A stretch of DNA of 25,090 nt from Candidatus Krumholzibacteriia bacterium (GTDB lineage: Bacteria; Krumholzibacteriota; Krumholzibacteriia; LZORAL124-64-63), in NCBI GenBank assembly GCA_036351155.1, contig JAZBOO010000002.1:1-25090 (forward strand), in the 5' to 3' direction. The first letter of the stretch is position 1. Each line of letters starts with the position of its first letter. The notes under the pieces are model-generated. The model was not told the origin of the DNA. It did not search any database and worked only from the letters and a program-made list of their open reading frames with translations. Both the position numbers and the translations under genes were made by a program. Of the stretch, positions 8,049 through 16,843 are shown in pieces.

Positions 8049-10277
8049 TTACTGGACGGTGTCCGGTTGATCGGGCGCGTACTCGCGTGCTTTTTCCTTG
8101 CCGCTGAGAACCCGCAAGGCTCCCTTGACCAGGGCGTACATCTCGTTCTCGCCGGGATAGGCCGTCACGCCGCAGCCCAGGGCGGACACAGCCTTGGTGA
8201 TATCGTCGACCAGCATCTGGCTGCGTGCCAGGCCTCCGGTCAACAGCACCTGATCCACTGGTTCACCTTCGAACGCGGGCAACAGCGCCGTGATGTTCTT
8301 GGCGATCTGATAGATCATGGCCTCGTACACCTCGACAGCCTCGGGCTCGCCCTCGATGACCCGGCGCTCCACCTCGCGGAAATCGGCCGTGCCCAGCAAG
8401 TCGATCAACCCGCCGCGTCCCTTGTTCAGCTTGAGCAACTCGTCCTGGGTGTACTTGCCGCTGAAGCACAGGCGGATCAGCTGGCCCGTGGGCTCGCTGC
8501 CCGACCGCTGGGGACTGAATGGGCCCTCGCCGTCCAGCCCGTTGTTCACATCGATGTACTTGCCCTTGTGGTGCGCTCCGATGGTGATCCCGCCCCCCAT
8601 GTGACACACGATGAGGTTCAGGTAACGGTAGAAGGTCTCGTGTTCCTCGGCATAGCGCCGCGCGGTGCTGATCTGGTTCAGAGCATGGCTGATGACCTTG
8701 CGCTTGATGTCCTTCATGCCCGTGATCTTGACTCGCGTGGGGGCTTCATCCACCACCACCGGATCGACGATGAACGACGGCTTGCCCGAGTCGGCCACCA
8801 GCTCGCGCGCGATCAAGGCGCCCAGGTTCGAGGCGTGATCGGCGCCGGTGCCGGAGAGCAGGTCATCCCGCATCCGATCGTTCACGGCGTAGGTGCCGTG
8901 AGGAATGGGTTCGAGCAGACCACCGCGCCCGGACACGGCGTCCAGGTCGCTGACGGCGATGCCGTGGTTGGCCAGGGTGTCCAGGACCACATCCTTGCGC
9001 ATCTCGTACTGCGTGACCACGCGCTGGCCCTCGAAGGGCAGCAGTTCCTCGGCCGCGTGCTGAATTTCCTCCACGAAGCGCTCCTGCTCGCCCTCGTAGA
9101 CGGCGATCTTGGTCGAGGTGGACCCGGGGTTGATGGCCAGGATGCGGTGGCGCGGGAAGAACGTGTCCTTGGGCGTCCGGCTCCAGTGCTTGAAGCGGTG
9201 CAGCCGCAGCACACAGGCCTTGACCCCCAGCATGGCGTCCTCGGCCGTGCAGTCCATGGGCAGGTCCACGCCCTGGAAGCGGATCCCGAACATCACGCTG
9301 AACTTCTTGGCATCGGGATAGCGCGTGGCATACAGGTGAAACAGCAGGTTGCCCGTGTCCAGGTTGGGCACCACGATCACGTTGGTCCCGCCGTCGAAGG
9401 CCTCTTCCTGGCCGCGCCGGTACAGGTGGGCCGAGCGGCGGCTGAGCGCCACCGAGATCTTCACTTCGCTCTCGATGTTGATGCTCTCGTAGCGCTTGCC
9501 CCGGCGTGCGCGGTCGGCCAGGATTTCGGGAATGAGGCGGCTTGCCTCACGCACCAGATCGGGGCTGGGCCCCTCGTCCGATCCCTTGTTGGAGTAGGAC
9601 ACGATGGCGCCGTTGATGACCGGCAAGGCCTCCTGCGGGAAAATATCCCGAGCCACGGCACAGGTGCCCACCGCCACGTTGGCCAGCACCTCGGCGTCCA
9701 TGTGGGCGTTGGCGCCCACATCGCCCACCACCAGGATGTTGTGAGGGAAAATCCCTTCGGGGTGACTGTCCGGCAGAACGATGACACCGGCCTCGGACAG
9801 CACTTCCTGCTTGGCCAGCAGGCGGGTCATGGGCCGGAAATAGTCGCGCGGTTCGTGGGTGATGCCCCCCACCACGATGTCGGCGTGACCCTGCCGCACG
9901 GCCATGATGCCGAAGCGGGCGGGTTCACTGATCAGCTTCATCGCTTCGTCGAGGCTCTTGGTGCGGCTGATGTTCTGGGGCAGGTCGGTGCACGCCTGGG
10001 CAAACTCTTCCAGAAGGTCCGATCGCCGGTCCAGGTCCACGAAAGCGCTCTCGGAAAGGGCAAATTCGATCCGGGTGGGGTCCACATGCTGCAGGTCGCG
10101 CTGGATCACTTCCTTGACCTTCTGTTCGGAGGCCAGGAAGATGGGGCGGACAAAGCGCGGCAGGAAACAGGCCGCCTCGATGATGCGCGGGTCGGTGGGT
10201 TCGGTGAACACCACCGCCGGCTTGTTTTTCATCACTTCGAGGATCTGTTTGTCCAGTGATCCTTCGATATCGTACAT
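8049..10277 (-). CDS. buk: Butyrate kinase fused to an N-terminal phosphotransacetylase-like domain
   Basis: C-terminal half (approx. 8049-9149): RILAINPGSTSTK, GRGGLL, HASNLG, HALNQ, CHMGGGITIGAH, GEGPFSPQRSG, YPGENEM. N-terminal half: VVFTEPTDPRIIEAA, SYSNKGS, PNLDTGN (Pta fold). Confidence 0.92.
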   Translation of the reverse strand: MYDIEGSLDKQILEVMKNKPAVVFTEPTDPRIIEAACFLPRFVRPIFLASEQKVKEVIQRDLQHVDPTRIEFALSESAFVDLDRRSDLLEEFAQACTDLPQNISRTKSLDEAMKLISEPARFGIMAVRQGHADIVVGGITHEPRDYFRPMTRLLAKQEVLSEAGVIVLPDSHPEGIFPHNILVVGDVGANAHMDAEVLANVAVGTCAVARDIFPQEALPVINGAIVSYSNKGSDEGPSPDLVREASRLIPEILADRARRGKRYESINIESEVKISVALSRRSAHLYRRGQEEAFDGGTNVIVVPNLDTGNLLFHLYATRYPDAKKFSVMFGIRFQGVDLPMDCTAEDAMLGVKACVLRLHRFKHWSRTPKDTFFPRHRILAINPGSTSTKIAVYEGEQERFVEEIQHAAEELLPFEGQRVVTQYEMRKDVVLDTLANHGIAVSDLDAVSGRGGLLEPIPHGTYAVNDRMRDDLLSGTGADHASNLGALIARELVADSGKPSFIVDPVVVDEAPTRVKITGMKDIKRKVISHALNQISTARRYAEEHETFYRYLNLIVCHMGGGITIGAHHKGKYIDVNNGLDGEGPFSPQRSGSEPTGQLIRLCFSGKYTQDELLKLNKGRGGLIDLLGTADFREVERRVIEGEPEAVEVYEAMIYQIAKNITALLPAFEGEPVDQVLLTGGLARSQMLVDDITKAVSALGCGVTAYPGENEMYALVKGALRVLSGKEKAREYAPDQPDTVQ

Positions 10278-10354
10278 TGGCCACCTCCGGCAAGATTCGA
10301 TAATTTATTAACGACTAAATTGGTCAGCGAACGCGGCCTTGGCAAGAAAGCCCT

Positions 10355-10939
10355 ATGGGAATGCGAAAAACTCACAAATCCCCGGATGCCCGGCTGGAAG
10401 AGCTGGTCCGGAAGCAGCGGGCCAGGATCAGCCCCCTGGACTCCCAGGCCGATCAGCGGTGGCTGCTGGTCGACGTGGCCGGCCAGCGGCTGGCCCTGGT
10501 GGAAGGCGAACGCATCATCCTGGTCAAGCCCGTGTCCACCGCCCGGGCGGGTATCGATTGCCGGCAGGATTCGGGGGGCACTCCCGACGGCCTGCACCGG
10601 ATCGCCCGGAAAATCGGCGACAACGAGGAGTGGGGCACCGAGTTCAGCAGCCGCCGCCCCACGGGAAGGCGCTGGAGCCCGGACGAGCTGCAGCGCGGCG
10701 AAGCGGACGATCAGGGCGACCTGATTCTCACCCGGATCCTCACCCTCGAGGGCCTGGATCCGGGACACAACCAGGGCCCCGGCGTGGACAGTCTGGAGCG
10801 CTACATCTACATCCACGGAACCAACCACGAGAAACAGATCGGCGCGCCCGTTTCCCATGGATGCATTCGCCTGACCAATGATGATGTGATGGAGCTGTTC
10901 GAGAAGATGGAACCGGGAGATCCGGTGGTTATTGTGTGA
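10355..10939 (+). CDS. L,D-transpeptidase (YkuD family)
   Basis: LLVDVAGQRL, GGTPDG, ILTRILTL and YIYIHGT...SHGCIRL catalytic His/Cys motif. Confidence 0.92.
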   Translation: MGMRKTHKSPDARLEELVRKQRARISPLDSQADQRWLLVDVAGQRLALVEGERIILVKPVSTARAGIDCRQDSGGTPDGLHRIARKIGDNEEWGTEFSSRRPTGRRWSPDELQRGEADDQGDLILTRILTLEGLDPGHNQGPGVDSLERYIYIHGTNHEKQIGAPVSHGCIRLTNDDVMELFEKMEPGDPVVIV

Positions 10940-11906
10940 CCACGGTGGCGCGCCGGTCCACGAAGAGGAAGCTGCCCTGCCGCGCCTTGGCTGCCTTTTT
11001 GAGATCCACGCAGGCGGTGGCCACTTCGACGTAGCGTGAAAAGTGATGGCTGCCCAGCTTGATGCCTGCCAGGCTGATCGAAACCAGCGGGTACTCGGTG
11101 CTCTTGCCTGCCCGGTCCACCGCCACGATGCCCCCCCGCCGACAATCCTCATCGCTGTAGAACTCGGGCACTCCCTCATCGAACACCCGCAGCACCTCTT
11201 CCCCCACCTGGTCCAGCAGGTGAGCCGGCATCATCATCACGAAATCATCGCCGCCAATATGTCCCAGGAAGCCCTCGTCACCACAGGCCAGGCGCAGCAC
11301 GTCCTGCAGGGTGTTGGCTGTGAACAGGAGAAGATCGTCCCCCGCGCTGAAGCCATAGGCGTCGTTGTAGGCCTTGAAGTTGTCCAGGTCGGTGTAGATC
11401 AGAGCCATGTCCAGGCCCTGGTCAATGGCCTGCTGGATGGTCACCACGATGGTGTTGTTGCCCGGCAGATGAGTCAACGGGTTGGCGTCGATGGCAATGG
11501 TCGTCAGCCGCTCGACCTTGAGGAGCAGATTGTGCAGATGAATCTGGGTCTCGATGCGGGCCAGAAATTCGCTCAGAGGGCAGGGCTTGACGATGAAGTC
11601 CACCGCGCCCACTCCATAGATCCGGTCGATCAGTTCGGGAGATCGGGTATCGGTGATGAAGATGACCGGGACATTGGTCATGGCCGTCCGTTGCTTGAGC
11701 ATGGTGCACAGCCCGAAGCCATCCATTCCCTTCATGCGCACCTCGACCAGCACCAGGTCGGGGGTGGAATGGGCCAGGATTTCCTCGACTTCCTGCCAGG
11801 AATGGACCATGACCACGTCGTAGCCCTGACCCTGCAGGGTGGTGGCGTGGATATTGAGGTCCTGCACCGAATCGCCGGCCAGCAGGATGTTTGCCTTGCC
11901 CGGCAT
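10929..11906 (-). CDS. Receiver-GGDEF protein (putative diguanylate cyclase)
   Basis: Start at ATG 11906, 2 nt after the upstream stop. REC fold (PVIFIT, GAVDFIVKP), then ANPLTHLPGN, DLDNFKAYNDAYGFSAGD and HIGGDDF. Confidence 0.9.
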   Translation of the reverse strand: MPGKANILLAGDSVQDLNIHATTLQGQGYDVVMVHSWQEVEEILAHSTPDLVLVEVRMKGMDGFGLCTMLKQRTAMTNVPVIFITDTRSPELIDRIYGVGAVDFIVKPCPLSEFLARIETQIHLHNLLLKVERLTTIAIDANPLTHLPGNNTIVVTIQQAIDQGLDMALIYTDLDNFKAYNDAYGFSAGDDLLLFTANTLQDVLRLACGDEGFLGHIGGDDFVMMMPAHLLDQVGEEVLRVFDEGVPEFYSDEDCRRGGIVAVDRAGKSTEYPLVSISLAGIKLGSHHFSRYVEVATACVDLKKAAKARQGSFLFVDRRATVVTQ

Positions 11907-11908
11907 CC

Positions 11909-12289
11909 CTATTTCTCCGCCGCCTGGGGCACGAGCCCTGCCACGGCCGCCAGCAACTCCTCTCGCCCGACGGGCTTGGTGAAGGTGTGGGAAACCCCGA
12001 ACCGGCTGGCCCACTTCAGGTAGTCTTCGGGGCTGATCCGCCCACCGCCCGAAATGGCGATGATCTTCACCTCGGGATTGATGGCCTTCAGCTCCATGAT
12101 CGTCTCGATGCCTTCCTTCTCGGGCATGACGATATCCGTGATGACCAGATCGATGCCGTCCGCATCGTAGACCTGGACCGCCTGGGTTCCGTCACCCGCC
12201 TCCGTGATGGAGTATCCCTCGCGCTCCAGGGTGATCTTCAGCATCTTGCGCACTTGCGCGTCATCATCGACCAGGAGAATGTGTCCCAT
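11909..12289 (-). CDS. Single-domain response regulator
   Basis: ILLVDDD, DLVITDIVMPEKEG, IIAISGGG and FTKP; 126 aa with no output domain. Confidence 0.95.
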   Translation of the reverse strand: MGHILLVDDDAQVRKMLKITLEREGYSITEAGDGTQAVQVYDADGIDLVITDIVMPEKEGIETIMELKAINPEVKIIAISGGGRISPEDYLKWASRFGVSHTFTKPVGREELLAAVAGLVPQAAEK

Positions 12290-12291
12290 TT

Positions 12292-14379
12292 CTACACCTC
12301 GACTTTGTGGTTATATCGGCTCAACAGCACCTTGGCACTCTCAGCTATCTTGCTTATCTGCAATGGCTTGGACAAAACGAGATCAAAGTTGAACGCCAGG
12401 TCCTCGGCTATATCGGAAGTTTCTCCGTAACCAGTGACCAGTATGATCGGCAGATTCGGAAGAATTGTTAGCACCTTTGCCGCCAGTTCCCCCCCCGTCA
12501 GGTGGGGCATGATCTGATCGGTGATCAAGAGGTCGAGCCCCTCGGGATCTTCGGCGATGGCCTCCCAGGCTTCGCGGCTGTCCCGGAACCCCCTGGTGGT
12601 GAAACCGGCCCTTTCCAGACCCTGGCAGGCCACATTGACCACCATCTCTTCATCGTCCACCAGCACGATTCGCCCCTGCCCCTCCACCTTTTCCATGGGA
12701 GTGCTGGCCTCGGGCCTCCTGGGTTCCAGCAAGGGCGCTTCCGGCAGATGGATGGTGAAGGTCGTGCCCTGCCCGGGCTTGCTTTCCACTCCGATTTGCC
12801 CGTGATGATTCAGGACAATGCCCTGCACGGTGGCCAGACCCAGCCCACTGCCCTCATGGGCATCCTTGGTGGTGAAGTAGGGCTCAAAAATCTTGTCCAC
12901 GATGTCCGACGGAATTCCCATGCCGTCATCGGTGAATGTGAGCTGGTGGTAACGTCCCGGTTTGGGCAGGTCACACTCCACCGTTTCCAGCCTCACCCGC
13001 AAGACTCCGCCCCTGTGCCGCATGGCATGCTGGGCGTTGTTGCACAGGTTCAGGACCACCTGATGGATCTGCGTCGGGTCGGCAAAAACCCCGTACCGGT
13101 CCTCCGGAAAATCTCGTTCCATGGTCACCGTGGTCGGAGTGGAAGCCCGGGCCAGATCCATGGCTTCGTTCAGAACTTCCCGCAGGTCGAAGGTCTTGAA
13201 TTCGATCTCGCTGCGCGCTCCGAGAGCCAGCATCTTGGTCACCAGGTTGGCGGCGCGGTCTCCCGCCTTGGCAATTTCCCGCAGGGAATGGTGGACAGGG
13301 TGTTCCTCGGTCACATCGTCGAGGGCCAGCTGGCAGTACCCCATGATCGCGTAGAGGATATTGTTGAAATCGTGCGCCAGTCCCCCGGCCAGCATACCGA
13401 GGGCCTCCATCTTGTGGGATTGTCGCATCCTCTGCTCGAGGGTGATCTCGTCCGTGATATCCCGCTTGACCCCCACGTAGTGTGTGATCCCGCCCGACTT
13501 GTCCCGGACCGGCGACAATGTGGCCCACTCGGTGAACAGTTCCCCGTTCTTTTTTCGGTTGGTGATGCGGCCTTTCCAGACCTCGCCCCGGACCAGGGTT
13601 CGCCACATATCCCGGTAGAAATCCTCGCTGTGAACCCCGCTCTTGAGGATGCTGGGATTGACTCCCAGAACAGCTTCGCGGCTCCATCCCGTCAACTGGC
13701 AGAAAGCCGGGTTGGCATACTGGATGGCGCCCGAGGCATCGGTGATCACGATGCTGTCGGCCGACTGCTCGATGGCGGTGATCAGCTGTTCCCTTTCCAG
13801 CTCCTGGTGGTGGCCCGGAAAAGTGCGAGCCCGGACCAGCAGTCCGAACAGTTCCCCGGCCAGCGAACCCAGCACCAGGTTCACGCCTCCCTGAAAAAAT
13901 CCCGGGTGACTCGACCTGGCTCCCAGGGCGCCCAGCACCTGGCCATCGCCCCACACCGGCCACAGCGCCGCATCCTTCCAGCCCCACCTCTGAACAGTGG
14001 CCTGCAGCGGCGCCCAGTCCCCAGGGAATTCCCCGACGCTCTCCCCCCCCCGTTGCACTGTTTTCAGTGGTCGCCATTCCGCAGGCGGATGGCTCAGGAG
14101 GGCCATTTCTTCGGCGCCCAGACCCTCACAGGCGGGCAGGGCCAGGTCGGACCCATCTTCATTCCAGGTCCAGAGCCAGAGTCCTTCCACGCCCTCCAGC
14201 TCGGCGGCCAGAGAGAGGATTTCGGCCAGCTCTCCCTTGGATTCGAGGGCACGCGCAACTCGACTGGTCAACTGGCATTTCAGCTGAAGCAACTGTTCCG
14301 GTGTGTTGTGCGACGTCCGCATTCTTGACGGCCCTGACATTTGGGGTGAGACTGTTCCTTTCTTCGCCCTTTTCACCAA
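12292..14379 (-). CDS. Hybrid sensor histidine kinase (GAF-like, PAS, HisKA, HATPase, REC); start uncertain (TTG 14379, ATG 14340 or 14322)
   Basis: PAS (IVITD...YANPAF...GW), H-box LAHDFNNIL, N-box NLCNNA, DDGMGI, FEPYFTTK, GSGLGL; C-terminal LVDDE...ITDQIMP...SKP. Confidence 0.94.
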   Translation of the reverse strand: MVKRAKKGTVSPQMSGPSRMRTSHNTPEQLLQLKCQLTSRVARALESKGELAEILSLAAELEGVEGLWLWTWNEDGSDLALPACEGLGAEEMALLSHPPAEWRPLKTVQRGGESVGEFPGDWAPLQATVQRWGWKDAALWPVWGDGQVLGALGARSSHPGFFQGGVNLVLGSLAGELFGLLVRARTFPGHHQELEREQLITAIEQSADSIVITDASGAIQYANPAFCQLTGWSREAVLGVNPSILKSGVHSEDFYRDMWRTLVRGEVWKGRITNRKKNGELFTEWATLSPVRDKSGGITHYVGVKRDITDEITLEQRMRQSHKMEALGMLAGGLAHDFNNILYAIMGYCQLALDDVTEEHPVHHSLREIAKAGDRAANLVTKMLALGARSEIEFKTFDLREVLNEAMDLARASTPTTVTMERDFPEDRYGVFADPTQIHQVVLNLCNNAQHAMRHRGGVLRVRLETVECDLPKPGRYHQLTFTDDGMGIPSDIVDKIFEPYFTTKDAHEGSGLGLATVQGIVLNHHGQIGVESKPGQGTTFTIHLPEAPLLEPRRPEASTPMEKVEGQGRIVLVDDEEMVVNVACQGLERAGFTTRGFRDSREAWEAIAEDPEGLDLLITDQIMPHLTGGELAAKVLTILPNLPIILVTGYGETSDIAEDLAFNFDLVLSKPLQISKIAESAKVLLSRYNHKVEV

Positions 14380-14421
14380 GTGATTGAGGGATTTCTTTAG
14401 CTCGGATCAGGCAACTGATGC

Positions 14422-15675
14422 ATGGGGGACAACAAGTTGACAGCACGCGTCCTGCACATCCTCTCCCAGCGGCCCTCGCGCACCGGAAGCGGGATCACCC
14501 TCGATGCGATCACACGCCAGGCGGCCTCGGCCGGCTGGACCCAGGCGGCCGTCGTCGGAGTCCCCGCCGGAGACCCGGCACCCGAGGTGGGTTTGCTGAC
14601 TCCCGCGAATATTTTTCCGCTGACCTTCCAGGATCCCCAATCGCCCCTGATCCCCGCCCGGATTCCCTTTCCCCTGCCCGGCATGAGCGATGTCATGCCT
14701 TACCCCAGCAGTGTCTGGTCCACGCTCGACCAGGAGCAGCTCTCGGTGTATCGGCAAACCTGGTCCGCCCATCTGGAACGCGTGATCGCCGACTTCGCCC
14801 CCGACATCATCCACGCCAACCACCTCTGGCTGGTCAGTGCACTTTTGCCCGATCTGGCCCCCTGCATTCCCCTGGTGGTCACCTGCCACGCCACCGGCTT
14901 GCGCCAGATGGAACTGACTCCCCATTTGCGCGACGAGGTCATCGCCGGATGTCGAAAATTCCAGCACGTGTTTGCACTTCGTCAGGACCACCGAGATCAT
15001 CTGGTGCGTGTTCTGGAGCTGAACCCGGGTCAATCGAGTGTGATCGGCGTGGGCTTCCGGGACGAGGTGTTCCACCCACAGGAAGGTTTGGAGCGCTGGC
15101 CGGACAGTCTGCTTTACGTGGGAAAGTTCAGCGCCGCCAAGGGACTGCCCTGGCTGCTTGATGCATGCGAGCAACTGGCCCCAGACCGCCCCCGGCTGGT
15201 CCTGCACATCGCCGGCGATGGCGCCGGTCCCGAAGCGGAAAGCTTGCGGTCAAGGATGCGGGACATGGCCCCCCGCGTGATCATGCACGGGCAGCTGGAC
15301 CAGCCGGCCCTGGCCCGTCTGATGAACCGATGCCAGGTGTGCGTCCTGCCCTCCTTCTATGAAGGTGTGCCCCTGGTTCTGGCCGAGGCGGCGGCTTGCG
15401 GATGCCGGGTGGTGGCCACCGATCTGCCCGGAGTCCGGGAGCAGCTGGCCCCACATTTTCAGGGGTGGTGGAACCCTGTCCCGGTGCCCCCGCTTCTCGG
15501 CGTCGACACCCCCCACCCCGACGGTCTGCCCACCTTCGTGCAGCAATTGCGGGAATCCATGGAAGAATCACTGGACCGTTCGGGGGAACGGGATGCTCCC
15601 CTCCCGGAGTTAACACCACTAACTTGGAAAGCGGTTTTCAGGCGCACGGAGGAAATCTGGAAATCATTAACTTGA
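14422..15675 (+). CDS. Glycosyltransferase family 4 (GT-B)
   Basis: PDIIHANHLW, LLYVGKFSAAKG, and VLPSFYEGVPLVLAEAAACG (E-x7-E motif). Confidence 0.92.
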   Translation: MGDNKLTARVLHILSQRPSRTGSGITLDAITRQAASAGWTQAAVVGVPAGDPAPEVGLLTPANIFPLTFQDPQSPLIPARIPFPLPGMSDVMPYPSSVWSTLDQEQLSVYRQTWSAHLERVIADFAPDIIHANHLWLVSALLPDLAPCIPLVVTCHATGLRQMELTPHLRDEVIAGCRKFQHVFALRQDHRDHLVRVLELNPGQSSVIGVGFRDEVFHPQEGLERWPDSLLYVGKFSAAKGLPWLLDACEQLAPDRPRLVLHIAGDGAGPEAESLRSRMRDMAPRVIMHGQLDQPALARLMNRCQVCVLPSFYEGVPLVLAEAAACGCRVVATDLPGVREQLAPHFQGWWNPVPVPPLLGVDTPHPDGLPTFVQQLRESMEESLDRSGERDAPLPELTPLTWKAVFRRTEEIWKSLT

Positions 15676-15809
15676 TATTTTAAAACAAGTTAAAACGGCT
15701 GCGAAAAAGTTAAGTTATTCTTTACTTTACCTTTCCACCGGACAATCCGAATAAAAAACCGGCCCAACAATTCCCAGCACTGCACCCGATCGCCCCGAGG
15801 TTTTCCATC

Positions 15810-16184
15810 GTGAGATTTCCCGTTCCGGGACCCTGGCTAACCCTGCCCTACCCACTTGAATCGGATCTGCTGGCCAGCCGTCTGCAGCTGCTGAAAAACC
15901 GGGCCTTCATGAAGGTGTTCGACCATCTGGACGATCCCGCGGTTCTGCTCAGCACCGATCACCAGGTGGTCATGGCCAACCTGGCCATGCAACAGAAACT
16001 GGGACTGGAAGGGGACGAATGCGTGGTGGGCAGTGTCCCTTGCGATCTCACTCCCTGCCCCGGCGGTCCGCAAGTGAAAGCCCGCACCCGGAGCATCGAA
16101 GTCCAGGGGCGGGCCTTTTTCCTCATGAGCCTGGAGTGTGCGCACCAGAAGGCGCCGGACACCTCCAGCTGTCTCACCGGTTGA
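15810..16184 (+). CDS. Small hypothetical protein with PAS-like segment
   Basis: VFDHLDDPAVLLSTDHQVVMANLAMQQKLG resembles a PAS N-terminus; GTG start with GAGG upstream; fills the intergenic gap. Confidence 0.6.
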   Translation: MRFPVPGPWLTLPYPLESDLLASRLQLLKNRAFMKVFDHLDDPAVLLSTDHQVVMANLAMQQKLGLEGDECVVGSVPCDLTPCPGGPQVKARTRSIEVQGRAFFLMSLECAHQKAPDTSSCLTG

Positions 16185-16760
16185 TCAACTCTCCCGCCGG
16201 GCCTTGAGAATCAGCCATCCCCCCAGCCCGATCAGCCCCAGCGGCCACCAGTCCTTCAACCAGGACAGGGACACCCCGAAGTTGAGATCCAGGACAATGA
16301 GCGTGCCGATGACCACCAGGGCGATGCCTGCCGGCATAGAACCCTTGCCACCTGCCGTCTGGAAATCTTCGGGGATCTCCTCGACAGCCATCCCGCTGAG
16401 CACCCGGTTGTAGTGCTGAGCGCGCCGGTTGGCATCGATCATGTTGAAGATCCAGAAGAACGCCATGAACGGGCCCAGAAACGGGGCCAGGAAATTGCCC
16501 GCCGAGGTGTTCAGGATGAAGATGATCCCCGTCACCGTCAGCGCGAACATGAACCCCGTGTGGTAATAGCCGGTGTAGACCTGCCCCAGCCCCGGAAACA
16601 GGGACAGGAGAGTTGCCAGCATGGGGGATTTCTGCCGGCCTTCACCCGGCCCGCCAGGCACTCGATAGGGGGTGCCCGATACGCCCGCACGGTACTGCTG
16701 ACCCGGGGGACTCTGCTGGTTTTCCTGCTGCTGGTATTGCTGTTCGTGTTCGGTACTCAT
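16185..16760 (-). CDS. Membrane protein (TM2-like N-terminal part, LiaF/DUF5668-like C-terminal part), third gene of the ECF operon
   Basis: KSPMLATLLSLFPGLGQVYTG and GIALVVIG...WWPLGLIGLGGWLI. Start 16760 has a GAGGAAGG SD; the alternative start 16847 overlaps the anti-sigma stop (ATGA). Confidence 0.8.
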   Translation of the reverse strand: MSTEHEQQYQQQENQQSPPGQQYRAGVSGTPYRVPGGPGEGRQKSPMLATLLSLFPGLGQVYTGYYHTGFMFALTVTGIIFILNTSAGNFLAPFLGPFMAFFWIFNMIDANRRAQHYNRVLSGMAVEEIPEDFQTAGGKGSMPAGIALVVIGTLIVLDLNFGVSLSWLKDWWPLGLIGLGGWLILKARRES

Positions 16761-16779
16761 GATCTGACCTTCCTCTATG

Positions 16780-16803
16780 CTTGGACTTGGACTTGGACTT
16801 GAA
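16780..16803. repeat. Hexamer tandem repeat (CTTGGA)3 CTTGAA
   Basis: Read directly from the sequence. Confidence 0.8.
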
Positions 16804-16843
16804 ATTGTTCCTGGATTTCCCCGCCTGCTGCGCCACAGGGCCT

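Noticed and set aside
8025..10259. 744 aa plus-strand ORF
   Set aside because: Antisense mirror of the PTA-buk fusion with no recognisable domain.
11907..12014. N-terminal extension of the REC-GGDEF ORF
   Set aside because: Overlaps the upstream response regulator; the REC fold starts at 11906.
12502..14328. 608 aa plus-strand ORF
   Set aside because: Antisense shadow of the hybrid kinase.
15667..15693. AT-rich inverted repeat as a chromosomal dif site
   Set aside because: No XerD arm (TTATGTTAAAT) or 11-6-11 match; kept only as a generic palindrome.
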